Assembly (NCBI GenBank): GCA_017409785.1
Contig: JAFQSD010000002.1
Span: forward strand, 162,597 to 226,596
Length of the DNA: 64,000 nucleotides
Reading direction: 5' to 3'
Origin: Bacilli bacterium
GTDB lineage: Bacteria > Bacillota_I > Bacilli_A > RF39 > UBA660
Below the pieces are notes generated by a model. That model ran no database searches. It was not told the origin of the DNA and was given only the letters and a program-made list of their open reading frames with translations. Positions 39,724 through 48,856 of this stretch are shown here, piece by piece (the stretch's first letter is position 1; each line of letters starts with the position of its first letter). Position numbers and translations under genes: made by a program.

Positions 39724-39832
39724 ATAAATCCCTCCATATAATAATAGAATAACATACAAATATTTTTATAATAATAATTTATATATGAAAATACATTAAT
39801 TGACATAAAAAAAGCATATTCCAAAATATGCT

Positions 39833-40159
39833 TTATTCTTCTACTGTCTCTAAATAAATTCTTTTTTCAAATCCACCACGTTTTAATTTCTTTTGTTTAG
39901 CTACTTCTACTACATCACCTAAAGTCTTACCTTCAAGTGCCGCAAGAGCATCAATTATTTCTAGCATATCAGCTAATTCTTCAATTCTTTCTTCAGTTGT
40001 AGTAGCACCTAAAACTTCATGATATTCTTCATTTAACTTAGTTTCTAATTCAGTTTTATATTCTGCTTCATCTAATATTCTAGTAATTGGTTTTTCACCA
40101 TTACCTTCAATAATTTCAGGTATTCTATCTCGTACTAATTTATTATAAGTTCTTGCCAT
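39833..40159 (-). CDS. MazG-like nucleoside triphosphate pyrophosphohydrolase domain protein (small, all-alpha).
   Basis: MARTYNKLVRDRIPEII…EELADMLEIIDAL matches the MazG/HisE-type EExxD motif. An aggagga RBS precedes this Met. The ORF-track start 51 nt further upstream lacks an RBS. Confidence 0.6.
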   Translation of the reverse strand: MARTYNKLVRDRIPEIIEGNGEKPITRILDEAEYKTELETKLNEEYHEVLGATTTEERIEELADMLEIIDALAALEGKTLGDVVEVAKQKKLKRGGFEKRIYLETVEE

Positions 40160-40253
40160 AACTATCTTCCTCCTATATACAATTATATCAAACAGAAGTT
40201 CGTAATACAATCGAACAAAGACAATTAATAATAAAAAAGAGACAAAGTCTCTT

Positions 40254-40580
40254 TTATTTAATTCTAAAAATAAATTTAAATAACTTACCTATTCCAATAA
40301 ATATCCATCTAATTAAATTATATACAAGTATAATTGGAGAAAGTAAAATCCACATAAAACATCCAAAGAAACTTACTTCATCATCTTTTCTAGGATTCTT
40401 TCTTGAATCAGTCCAATATAAACCTGTACCAGGTAAACCTACAGATGTAGTCTTTCTACCATCACTATTTACTGAAACTCTTGCTCCACGAGTACCAAAG
40501 CTTAACCCAATAGATTTCTTATTAAAGTTTAATTTAACTCCTGGAAATATCTTAATACTCTTTCTAAATCTTAATCCCAT
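40254..40580 (-). CDS. DUF4236 domain protein with a C-terminal TM helix.
   Basis: The N-terminus MGLRFRKSIKIFPGVKLNFNKKSIGLSFGTRGARVSVN matches the DUF4236 signature. Confidence 0.55.
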   Translation of the reverse strand: MGLRFRKSIKIFPGVKLNFNKKSIGLSFGTRGARVSVNSDGRKTTSVGLPGTGLYWTDSRKNPRKDDEVSFFGCFMWILLSPIILVYNLIRWIFIGIGKLFKFIFRIK

Positions 40581-40749
40581 AACTACACCTACGTTCTTTA
40601 TCTTACTGAATTAATTATAACATATAAAATAAAAATAATTATACAATTTTAAAATTTATAAAAGTATACGAAATATTTACTTCTGATAATTCATTTTATA
40701 AATTCTTTATTGTATAATATAATAAAGCGAAAGCAAAGACGGTGAAATT

Positions 40750-42012
40750 ATGAAAGAAAATAAAATTTATAAACAGTTAACCAACGTCGACATAGAAACT
40801 CAAAAACAATTATGGAATGACAGAGGAAAAGGCTATTACGGCGAATACTTAGTTTTCTGCGAATTATATAAGCACTTATCAGGAATGGGAAAAATATTAA
40901 TGAATATAAACATTCCAATAGAAAACAATAAAACAACAGAAATAGATCTATTATTAATTCATGAAACAGGTATATATGTTTTTGAAACGAAACACTATAA
41001 AGGTACAATTTATGGAAGAGATACAGATGCATTTTGGACACAATTTTTTAGAACTACAAAAAATGCACATTTTAAAAATCCAATATTACAAAATAGATAT
41101 CATATAAATGCATTAAGAAAAATGTTTCCAACACCACCCATCTATTCAATCATTGTCTTTACAAATGATGATTGTGTCGTAAAAGCTACTTTCGATACTA
41201 GAATCAATGATGTATGTACTCTTAATGACTTACCTAGAATTCTAAGAAATAGATTTAACAATAAACAATATTTTTTACCAGAACAAATTGATTATATTTT
41301 CTCAACTTTATCTCAATACTCTCCAATGCAAGAACCAGTATTAATTGATACTGAAGAGAAAGACTTCCTTACATGGATTCAACCAACAATTAACAATTTA
41401 AAAATCAAAAAACAAGAACTAGAAACTGAAAAACAAACACTAAAAATATTAGAAAAAGAATATAACCGAAATAAATTTATCTGTACTATAGGGACTGTAC
41501 TATTTGCAATATTATGCTTAGTTACACTGTATACATTAACAACAGCTAATAAAAATAATTATGAAAAAGAATTGAATAAATTTAAACAAAATTTTCAACA
41601 TGTAGATGAAATAGATGATGAATATATAAAATCATCTGAATACTATATAAAAGTGTCAAACCAAAAACTTAATAATTTAGAAAATAACACAGTAAGCTTT
41701 CAAGCAACTTTGTCCGCTAATACTGATGAATATGGTATTGTACTTAAAGAAAATACAAAATACATTGTAATGACTACATCAGGTAAAGCTTATGAATATG
41801 ATATGTTTGGAGCACATCTAAATTACAACAGATCAAATAATACAATTTTCAAAAAAACAAAAGCATCTGGCGAACTAAAACAAATAATATTTAAAGACAT
41901 TAATGTTGATGAAATCACATATATAAAAATAACAAACGTTGAACTATTTATATCTAATCCATATTATGAAAAAACAAAAGATGATTTTGAAATAGAATTA
42001 TATAAAAAATAA
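40750..42012 (+). CDS. NERD (nuclease-related domain) protein with a central TM helix and a C-terminal domain of unknown function.
   Basis: YYGEYLVFCELYK…EIDLLLIHETGIYVFETKHYKG matches the NERD core. It has a TM helix (FICTIGTVLFAILCLVTLY) and a TATAAT-like -10 element upstream. Confidence 0.65.
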   Translation: MKENKIYKQLTNVDIETQKQLWNDRGKGYYGEYLVFCELYKHLSGMGKILMNINIPIENNKTTEIDLLLIHETGIYVFETKHYKGTIYGRDTDAFWTQFFRTTKNAHFKNPILQNRYHINALRKMFPTPPIYSIIVFTNDDCVVKATFDTRINDVCTLNDLPRILRNRFNNKQYFLPEQIDYIFSTLSQYSPMQEPVLIDTEEKDFLTWIQPTINNLKIKKQELETEKQTLKILEKEYNRNKFICTIGTVLFAILCLVTLYTLTTANKNNYEKELNKFKQNFQHVDEIDDEYIKSSEYYIKVSNQKLNNLENNTVSFQATLSANTDEYGIVLKENTKYIVMTTSGKAYEYDMFGAHLNYNRSNNTIFKKTKASGELKQIIFKDINVDEITYIKITNVELFISNPYYEKTKDDFEIELYKK

Positions 42013-42035
42013 AAAGAGCTTATAGCTCTTTTTAA
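42013..42035. terminator. Bidirectional terminator.
   Basis: Hairpin aagagcttatagctctt flanked by A- and T-runs. Confidence 0.55.
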
Positions 42036-42619
42036 TATTTACTAACTATTCTTTCTAATACTTCTTCCCTATCATACGAAGTATCATAAGAAGTAATTTT
42101 ATACTCTTTAAACTTATCATTAAAGAATTTATTTCTTTCCACAAAGTATGTGGAGTTTCCTCTTAATTCTTCATCACTACACCAATAAGTCCAATCATCT
42201 TCAGTATCATACTTCTTCATATTATTATATAAATCATCACTATTAATATCATTATAAGTTAAACCAATAATTTCATACTTATCTTTAAACTTATCACTAC
42301 GTAAGAATGGTATTAACTTTTCAAAATCAATATGAGTACCTTCAATAACAAATTTAACACCATCATAAAATGCATTACCTTCACTTAGTTCAGTAAAGAA
42401 CTTTTCTAAGAAAGGTACTAATCTTGAAGCAGTATCAAATTCATCACCATCATGATGAATTTGTAGTTCAGGATAAGCAGATAATCCACTAATAATATTA
42501 TCAAGACTAATCATACTATAACCTTTTTCTTTAACAAACTTCTTAGCTAAAGTAGTTTTACCACTTCTAGCAGCACCTATAATTAATATATTTTTATCCA
42601 TAGAATCACATCCGTTCAC
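42032..42619 (-). CDS. Small P-loop kinase-like NTPase (zeta-toxin/adenylate-kinase-like fold). It lies downstream of the OLD-family nuclease.
   Basis: Walker A motif NILIIGAARSGKTTLAKKF. Its length is about 190 aa. The start could be M1 or M7 (MDKNIL). Confidence 0.5.
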   Translation of the reverse strand: MNGCDSMDKNILIIGAARSGKTTLAKKFVKEKGYSMISLDNIISGLSAYPELQIHHDGDEFDTASRLVPFLEKFFTELSEGNAFYDGVKFVIEGTHIDFEKLIPFLRSDKFKDKYEIIGLTYNDINSDDLYNNMKKYDTEDDWTYWCSDEELRGNSTYFVERNKFFNDKFKEYKITSYDTSYDREEVLERIVSKY

Positions 42620-42639
42620 ATCAATTTTAGCATAGCTGT

Positions 42640-42700
42640 GAAGTACTAGGATGGTTAATTGTAGTTGTTAAACTTGTACCGTAGTTATATATTAAATGTA
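42640..42700. repeat. Copy 3 (degenerate) of the conserved intergenic element CTAG…TTGTACCNTAGTTA.
   Basis: aagtaCTAGgatggttaattgtagttgttaaaCTTGTACCgTAGTTAtat compared with CTAGTTAGAGATATCATTGTA…TTGTACCCTAGTTA at 45666-45710. Confidence 0.5.
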
Positions 42701-42758
42701 GGAAGAATCATATGAAGAGATAATCAGAAGAAAAAGTACAATTACTTGTACTTTTAAA

Positions 42759-44678
42759 TTACAAATTATTTTCATCAATAAAATCAGATAATAAAATTAT
42801 CAATTTTCTAAATTCAGCCGGCATATTAATAAAAATTTCTTTTTGCTCCTCCCAAGAAACATTTTTTATAAAATTATCAAAATAAACAGCAAGAGATGCT
42901 TTATTAGATGACCAAATGTTTTTACAATATTTATGAGCTTCGAACATATCCGATTTCAATTTTTTTTCAAATAAGCATAAGCTCATCTTTTCAACAAAAT
43001 CCAATTGTGAATATTCTGTTGTTTTATAACTTGGGTATAAACCATCAAAAAAATTTAAAAAAGCCCTTTTAATAGCTGCTGGACGTGAATTAAAATTTTC
43101 TTCATAATACTTTCTTAAAATAAATGGCGGAATAATATTTTCAATTGTCTTAATATTTTTACACACAAAACTTCTTTTGCCCATAATATCCATAACACAC
43201 TTTATCTTTTTCCAATTAGCATTTTCATGATTAAGGTTATCAGAATCAAAAATAATAAAATTATTCTTTGATAACTTATTAAGTTTTACAGCAGGATCAT
43301 CAGTATTTAAATAATCAAATTTATATGCAATATTTATACTACCATTAAATGCATAGTTATAATTATAACCTAGAATAACCTGTTTTTTGTGTTTTATTCT
43401 ACGATAAATATTTAACAAGCTATCTATATAATATATATCTGTAGGTCCTTCTACCCATATTGTACAATTGGATAAAATAATAGATGATGCTCTTTGACCC
43501 AATAGCTGATATAAATTCATATTATCATATATAGAGTTATAAGCAATCTTTTGCGTATCATTTTTATCAACACAAATAATTGCCGTATCAGCGTCGTATT
43601 CATCACATATATCAATCATACTAGAAGAATGTGTTGAAATAAAAATTTGACAATTTTTATATTCTTGTAACTGAGAAACCAATAATCTTTGTAAACCTGG
43701 ATGCAAGTGAATTTCTGGTTCATCAATAAAGATTTTCAACGGACTATCATTATTCATAAATAGGTAAAAGGTGATTGTAATTAATGTTTGTAATCCATCA
43801 CCCAAATTATAAATAGCATATGGCTCTTCATTTGATTCCTTAATATAAATATTAGAATCATCATCTTTTATAAAAATACTTATATCCTTTCCATTGAAAA
43901 AATGATTTGCCACAAATTCTTCATACATAAGAAAACGTTCTCTATCTTTATTTAATCCTAATAACAGTTTTTTCATATCATGATATACTTCTTGTCCTGT
44001 CTTTATTTCTAATGCGCTTAAATTAGGTGAAAAAAAATACTCATTTCTAAACATATTTGACAAACTAACATGATAATCATTACCTTCCGCCCCTAGTTTT
44101 CTCAAACTTAATAAAGAAGGTACAAAAATTGTTTTAGGTGTTTCTATCGTCATTGTATTAATAATAGACTCATATACAATTCTTAAATGTTCTTGTTTAG
44201 TTCTAAGTTCGGCTGTATCATTTAAATATCGAATCGAATCATTTTTCGAAAAAGAATAAGGTGATTTAATTATTTTTTTTGTTTGACAAAGTCCATACAA
44301 ATTACTAGCTCTAAAAGAATATACAAGATTGCAAATAAACAAAGCCAACATTTCTTCATCACGTTCATCCCTATATACTTTTTCTCTTATATTTTCATTA
44401 TACAAATATACTTTTTTAAATTCATTCTTAGAACTTTCATTAAAATAGTTTAATAAATCTACAATAGTCTCTTTAAGTTCTTTAAAAAGAGCGCCATCAC
44501 TAACATAATATTTTTTATCAAATTCACTAGTTAACACTTTTCTCATTAATCTACTTTTTCCACTATTATTTTTTCCAATAAAAACATTCATTTTCTCCAA
44601 ATATAATTTCTTTTCTTCATTTAAAGACACATATTCACTATAATTCGAATCAAGTAAATCAATATATTTTATATACAT
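42759..44678 (-). CDS. OLD-family ATP-dependent endonuclease (fused ABC-type ATPase and Toprim). It may be a class 1 OLD or a fused PARIS (AriA-AriB)-like protein.
   Basis: The ATPase motifs are Walker A GKNNSGKS, signature-like LGDGLQ, Walker B/D-loop KIFIDEPEIHLHP and H-loop ISTHS. The Toprim motifs are IWVEGPTD and IIFDSDN. Confidence 0.75.
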   Translation of the reverse strand: MYIKYIDLLDSNYSEYVSLNEEKKLYLEKMNVFIGKNNSGKSRLMRKVLTSEFDKKYYVSDGALFKELKETIVDLLNYFNESSKNEFKKVYLYNENIREKVYRDERDEEMLALFICNLVYSFRASNLYGLCQTKKIIKSPYSFSKNDSIRYLNDTAELRTKQEHLRIVYESIINTMTIETPKTIFVPSLLSLRKLGAEGNDYHVSLSNMFRNEYFFSPNLSALEIKTGQEVYHDMKKLLLGLNKDRERFLMYEEFVANHFFNGKDISIFIKDDDSNIYIKESNEEPYAIYNLGDGLQTLITITFYLFMNNDSPLKIFIDEPEIHLHPGLQRLLVSQLQEYKNCQIFISTHSSSMIDICDEYDADTAIICVDKNDTQKIAYNSIYDNMNLYQLLGQRASSIILSNCTIWVEGPTDIYYIDSLLNIYRRIKHKKQVILGYNYNYAFNGSINIAYKFDYLNTDDPAVKLNKLSKNNFIIFDSDNLNHENANWKKIKCVMDIMGKRSFVCKNIKTIENIIPPFILRKYYEENFNSRPAAIKRAFLNFFDGLYPSYKTTEYSQLDFVEKMSLCLFEKKLKSDMFEAHKYCKNIWSSNKASLAVYFDNFIKNVSWEEQKEIFINMPAEFRKLIILLSDFIDENNL

Positions 44679-44754
44679 AGCACCACTACTCCTTACTACT
44701 AAATCAAATCGATTTATACCTCCACTATATCATTTTATTCCTCGAAAAAAATAT

Positions 44755-44803
44755 AACTTCCCTGAATGCCCTATTTTACTTCCTTGAATTGTACTTAATG
44801 CCC
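44755..44803. repeat. Copy A of the conserved intergenic element …CTTYCCxGAA…ATTTACTTCCTTGAATxGxACTTxAA….
   Basis: aacttccctgaatgccctaTTTTACTTCCTTGAATtGtACTTaAatgccc. The near-identical core is at 50391-50440. Confidence 0.55.
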
Positions 44804-44813
44804 TTTCTAGACA

Positions 44814-44845
44814 CAAAAAAAGAACTATTTCTAGTTCTTTTATTC
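44814..44845 (-). terminator. Rho-independent terminator after the 225-aa gene.
   Basis: Hairpin aagaactatttctagttctt followed by a T-run. Confidence 0.5.
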
Positions 44846-44916
44846 TGCCCACATTAAACTTTCTAACCATTTTAGAAACTTAACTATCTTATTAAATATA
44901 TTCTTCATACATAATC

Positions 44917-45594
44917 CTAAAAAGGCAACTCATCATCATCCGCATCAGCATCACTAAAGAAGTTCGGATTCTCTCTTTGTAACTTCTTAACTAGTTGAGT
45001 CATCTCAGTCTCAGTAGCTTGTATTACTCTATCATTAATAGGACCTACTTGATTTGCTATAGCAACCATTTCTTCTTCAGTATATCCTCTACCTTCATAA
45101 CATCTTAAGATGTTATCACAAAGTACATTTCTCATAGCCATACTATTATCATAGAAACTTCTTCCAGCATCATCCATTAAAAATACTTTATAAGCTTCTA
45201 TTCTTCTCTTAACATCATCTATTTCTGCTTGTTCCTCATCCTTACCAAGAACTACTTCCTCTGGAATAATACGAGATACTCCATAAGGCATACTTCCCAT
45301 AAGACCTATAACTTCAAATTCTCCTTGGTATCCAACTTCACTCTTATTACCATGGAATACAAATGGACTACTAAAACTAGTTGGAGTCCATTTAAATAAC
45401 TCAATAACCTTACCAGGATGATATACACCAAATACAAATCTATCTTCTTGATAAGAACTACTTACATCTTTAACAACACCTTCAAACCATCCATCATCTT
45501 CTAATAATATCTTACCTTCCCACATATCTCTATCATTAAATTGATATTCATAAGAAGAATCAAAATAACCTTTAATATCAAATAATTTACTCAT
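44917..45594 (-). CDS. Hypothetical protein with an SSB-like acidic C-terminal tip (…DADADDDELPF).
   Basis: No catalytic motif. The last residues DDDELPF resemble the SSB C-terminal DDDIPF interaction tip. Confidence 0.45.
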   Translation of the reverse strand: MSKLFDIKGYFDSSYEYQFNDRDMWEGKILLEDDGWFEGVVKDVSSSYQEDRFVFGVYHPGKVIELFKWTPTSFSSPFVFHGNKSEVGYQGEFEVIGLMGSMPYGVSRIIPEEVVLGKDEEQAEIDDVKRRIEAYKVFLMDDAGRSFYDNSMAMRNVLCDNILRCYEGRGYTEEEMVAIANQVGPINDRVIQATETEMTQLVKKLQRENPNFFSDADADDDELPF

Positions 45595-45661
45595 AAAAAG
45601 AACCTCCCTTAAATTTAGTTATTATTATAACATAGAAATGATAAATTAAAAGAAGTTTTTT

Positions 45662-45725
45662 AGGGCTAGTTAGAGATATCATTGTATATAGTATATTTGT
45701 ACCCTAGTTAAAAGTTACCTAACCA
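45662..45725. repeat. Copy 1 of the conserved intergenic element CTAGTTAGRGATATCATT-N14/15-TTGTACCCTAGTTA-N4/5-TTACYTAAC.
   Basis: ggCTAGTTAGaGATATCATTgtatatagtatatTTGTACCCTAGTTAaaagTTACcTAAC, near-identical to 50611-50669. Confidence 0.6.
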
Positions 45726-45741
45726 GAATCGCACTACAAAA

Positions 45742-47079
45742 CTATTTCTGCTGAGTAATATAAGTATCAATTTCGTCAGAAAATTTAGATAACATTTTTA
45801 TATAATTTTCATAATCAGATTTATCACCTAAAATTCTTGGTGACAATTCTAAATAACTAAATATAGTTCCATTATCTATTCTGGTTTTAAATTCTGAATA
45901 ATACTGCAAAAGAGACTTTTTCTCGATAAACTTATATAAAGAAATATTCTCAACTATTTTACCACTTTTTTGGACACCATTTAATTTTTCATATTTTACA
46001 ATTTCATCATATGAAGAAATATTATAAGGCAATATATATTTACAATCTAAACTATTTTTTAAAGAACTACAAATAGAAATTTGTCTTAAAATACAGGCGG
46101 TACATATTCCACAATGACAAACACCAGATTTTTCTCTATTCTGAAATCCCTTAGAACCCGGCATTTTTGAACAAGTTTTTGAATTTTTTAATAAATCTAT
46201 CCATTCATTAGGAATTAAATCAATAACTTCCGCCTTTGTCATAAAACAAAAAGGATTAATAACTGTAATATTTATTCCTACAGTTTTTAAAATATCATTA
46301 ATATAAAATAAAGTTCTTGGATGAGTAGTTTTAGTTACTTTTCTTCTAAACTCAAATGTAGGATTTAAAGACATAATTCCATTTTCATATATTTTTATTA
46401 TAGGCACTTCATAATAATCAGCATATAACAAAGCAGACCCCAAAAAAATTAGTGAGCGAGTTCTTTGCGTAGAATGCTTCTTTATAGCAAATTGTTTTTT
46501 TTCTACAATAACATGTTCTGAATTTGGACTACTTTTTTTAATAACATCAAATGTCTTTTTTGCTTTGCTTACCTCAGGATCATTAGTTGCATAAGTAACA
46601 TATAAAGTATTATTATTTAGTTCTTGTGAAGCACCTGCCATAGCATCTAAACCACCAGATAATAATGCTACGCTATTAAATTCACTTTTAAATAACCCCA
46701 ACTGTTTCATATTTATATCTAAATGCTTTTTTTCTGTTTGCTTAAACTTAATTTCCCAGTTTTCTCCATTTGTCATAAATCTTATTAAATTTGAAAGTTT
46801 GTCCTCAATCAATTTCATGATTTCAATATTAACAACCTCAACTTCAACTTCAATAGTTTTATAACTATCTTCATTTCTTTTATTATAAAAGTCAATATAA
46901 CAAATAGAAGCAAAAGTATCAAACAAATCAAGTATAAGCGTATTATCATATCGAACAATATCTAATGAATTCTTATCATCATAATGAACTTCACACGGGA
47001 ATTTTTTACTTAAGTCAAAAAAAGATTTAATCATATAGAAATTCCTTTCAAAATAAGTGGAATATGTTCCGTCATCCAC
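45742..47079 (-). CDS. QueC-like PP-loop ATPase (7-cyano-7-deazaguanine synthase-like) with an extra ~140-aa N-terminal domain.
   Basis: VALLSGGLDAMAG is the PP-loop SGGxDS motif. The zinc cysteines are CHCGICTAC…C. It is 445 aa, versus ~220 aa for housekeeping QueC. Confidence 0.7.
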   Translation of the reverse strand: MDDGTYSTYFERNFYMIKSFFDLSKKFPCEVHYDDKNSLDIVRYDNTLILDLFDTFASICYIDFYNKRNEDSYKTIEVEVEVVNIEIMKLIEDKLSNLIRFMTNGENWEIKFKQTEKKHLDINMKQLGLFKSEFNSVALLSGGLDAMAGASQELNNNTLYVTYATNDPEVSKAKKTFDVIKKSSPNSEHVIVEKKQFAIKKHSTQRTRSLIFLGSALLYADYYEVPIIKIYENGIMSLNPTFEFRRKVTKTTHPRTLFYINDILKTVGINITVINPFCFMTKAEVIDLIPNEWIDLLKNSKTCSKMPGSKGFQNREKSGVCHCGICTACILRQISICSSLKNSLDCKYILPYNISSYDEIVKYEKLNGVQKSGKIVENISLYKFIEKKSLLQYYSEFKTRIDNGTIFSYLELSPRILGDKSDYENYIKMLSKFSDEIDTYITQQK

Positions 47080-47687
47080 CCTTCAACATAATTCTCATTA
47101 CCTATATTTAAAACCAATTTATCATAAGCATTTTGAGATATAATTGAATTGGTAATTATCTCAGTAACTGAATTTATTTTTGAATAAATATCTTCATCAG
47201 AAATAGTCTCATATTTTTCTGACAACATTTCAAAAATTGTTCCCTCTATTTTATGTTCAACATAAATAGATATAATCTTTTTAAACATCATAAATCCATT
47301 AGCAAAAGTACCATCAATTCCATTTTCTAATAAAATATCTTTTATAGTTTGCTTTAAAATTGGATCTTCATAATCAACAAAATAATCTGCAATTAGGTCT
47401 ACTTGTTCATTAAAACTATATGAGTCAAATTCTGAAATACCAAATGACAAGGTACCAGATGAAACATAGTTTTCGCTAGTTCTAATTACTTTTTTTATAG
47501 TTCTAATAAAATTAGGACTAGAAAGTGATTTAATTATATGATTTGAAGTATAACTTTCTCGATTATTAGGATATAATAAGGAACCCAGTAATTTCTTTAA
47601 ATCATGAGTATTTATATTAGATGAAGAATTAAGTTCCTCTATTTTTTTCTTAAGTCTTGGAAGTGTATTTCTAGTAGATGTACCCAT
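47031..47687 (-). CDS. Hypothetical protein, operon partner of the QueC-like gene (49-nt overlap).
   Basis: No recognisable motif. It is co-directional and overlapping. Confidence 0.4.
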   Translation of the reverse strand: MGTSTRNTLPRLKKKIEELNSSSNINTHDLKKLLGSLLYPNNRESYTSNHIIKSLSSPNFIRTIKKVIRTSENYVSSGTLSFGISEFDSYSFNEQVDLIADYFVDYEDPILKQTIKDILLENGIDGTFANGFMMFKKIISIYVEHKIEGTIFEMLSEKYETISDEDIYSKINSVTEIITNSIISQNAYDKLVLNIGNENYVEGWMTEHIPLILKGISI

Positions 47688-47769
47688 ATTATCACCTCAT
47701 TTAGCAGATATAATAACATATTTTTTAATTTTTTCAAATATATGGTAAAATAATTGTGGTGATGTACTT

Positions 47770-48756
47770 ATGTTTTGTCATACTATTTCAAAAACATATT
47801 TAGAAAAATGGAAAATAAAAGATAAAAAAGATAGTATATATGTATTTAACAAAAATAATTTATCAAACCAAGGAGAAATAAGAGACTTAACTAATTTAAC
47901 AAAAACAGAATTAGGATATACAAACTATTATTACTTAAAAATTGAAGATTGTGATCATAAAATTTTTGATAATATGTTTCAGGATTTAATAGATGAAATC
48001 AACAAACAATATATATTAAAATTCAACAAATTAGAAATAAAAACAGCTACTCAGTTTAGATTAGCTTATTTAAAACATGAAGACAAATTAAAAATATATA
48101 GGCGCGATAATAATGTAGAAATAAAACTTTCAAGAATAAATAAATTAATTCTAGATAGTTGGAATATATCTAAAAAAAGATATATTGAAGACTTTTTTTC
48201 AAAAGAAATAGAAAATGATTGGCAAAAAGTTGTAAATGAATTTGAAACAATAATTAAAACAAAAGCAAAATTATCAAAATTTGCAAGAGAAAAACTAATT
48301 TTATTTATAGCTACACAAATAAACCGTAATCATAAAAAGCACAACGAAAAGATCAAAATAACACAAAATGACGAAATACTAAAAAAAATACTCATAGTAT
48401 CAATTTACGAATTTATCAAAATATATAATCACGAACAAGAAGACAATAATGACAATTACATATTCGAAACATATAAACAATTAAAAAAAACAAATTTACA
48501 TATTACCATACTACATACAGAATCCTCGTTTATTACTACGGACAATCCAATAATTACTTACAAGCATAACCATAAAGATAGTATACTTATCCCAATAACA
48601 CCAAATATCTGTTTAATTATACAAAATAGTTTAATAGAAAGTCTTTCTATTAAAAAAATTAATAGTATAGAAACAAAAAAAATAAATAATGAATTAATAA
48701 ACAATGCCATAAACAACATAGTATACTTTGATAAAATAATTACTGAGCTTTATTGA
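47770..48756 (+). CDS. DUF4238 domain protein.
   Basis: The N-terminus CHTISKTYLEKWK matches the DUF4238 HxxxxxYLxxF/W signature. Confidence 0.55.
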   Translation: MFCHTISKTYLEKWKIKDKKDSIYVFNKNNLSNQGEIRDLTNLTKTELGYTNYYYLKIEDCDHKIFDNMFQDLIDEINKQYILKFNKLEIKTATQFRLAYLKHEDKLKIYRRDNNVEIKLSRINKLILDSWNISKKRYIEDFFSKEIENDWQKVVNEFETIIKTKAKLSKFAREKLILFIATQINRNHKKHNEKIKITQNDEILKKILIVSIYEFIKIYNHEQEDNNDNYIFETYKQLKKTNLHITILHTESSFITTDNPIITYKHNHKDSILIPITPNICLIIQNSLIESLSIKKINSIETKKINNELINNAINNIVYFDKIITELY

Positions 48757-48769
48757 ATTTATAGTAAAG

Positions 48770-48796
48770 AAAAAGAAAAGCAAATTGCTTTTCTTT
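48770..48796. terminator. Bidirectional terminator.
   Basis: Hairpin aaagaaaagcaaattgcttttcttt. Confidence 0.55.
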
Positions 48797-48856
48797 TTAC
48801 ACTTACAATTTTAATAAATGATTAAAACAGAATAATATTCTATTAACAACGCACTT

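Noticed and set aside
40748-41041. 97-aa minus-strand ORF antisense to the NERD gene.
   Set aside because: An antisense artefact. The NERD motif on the plus strand is convincing.
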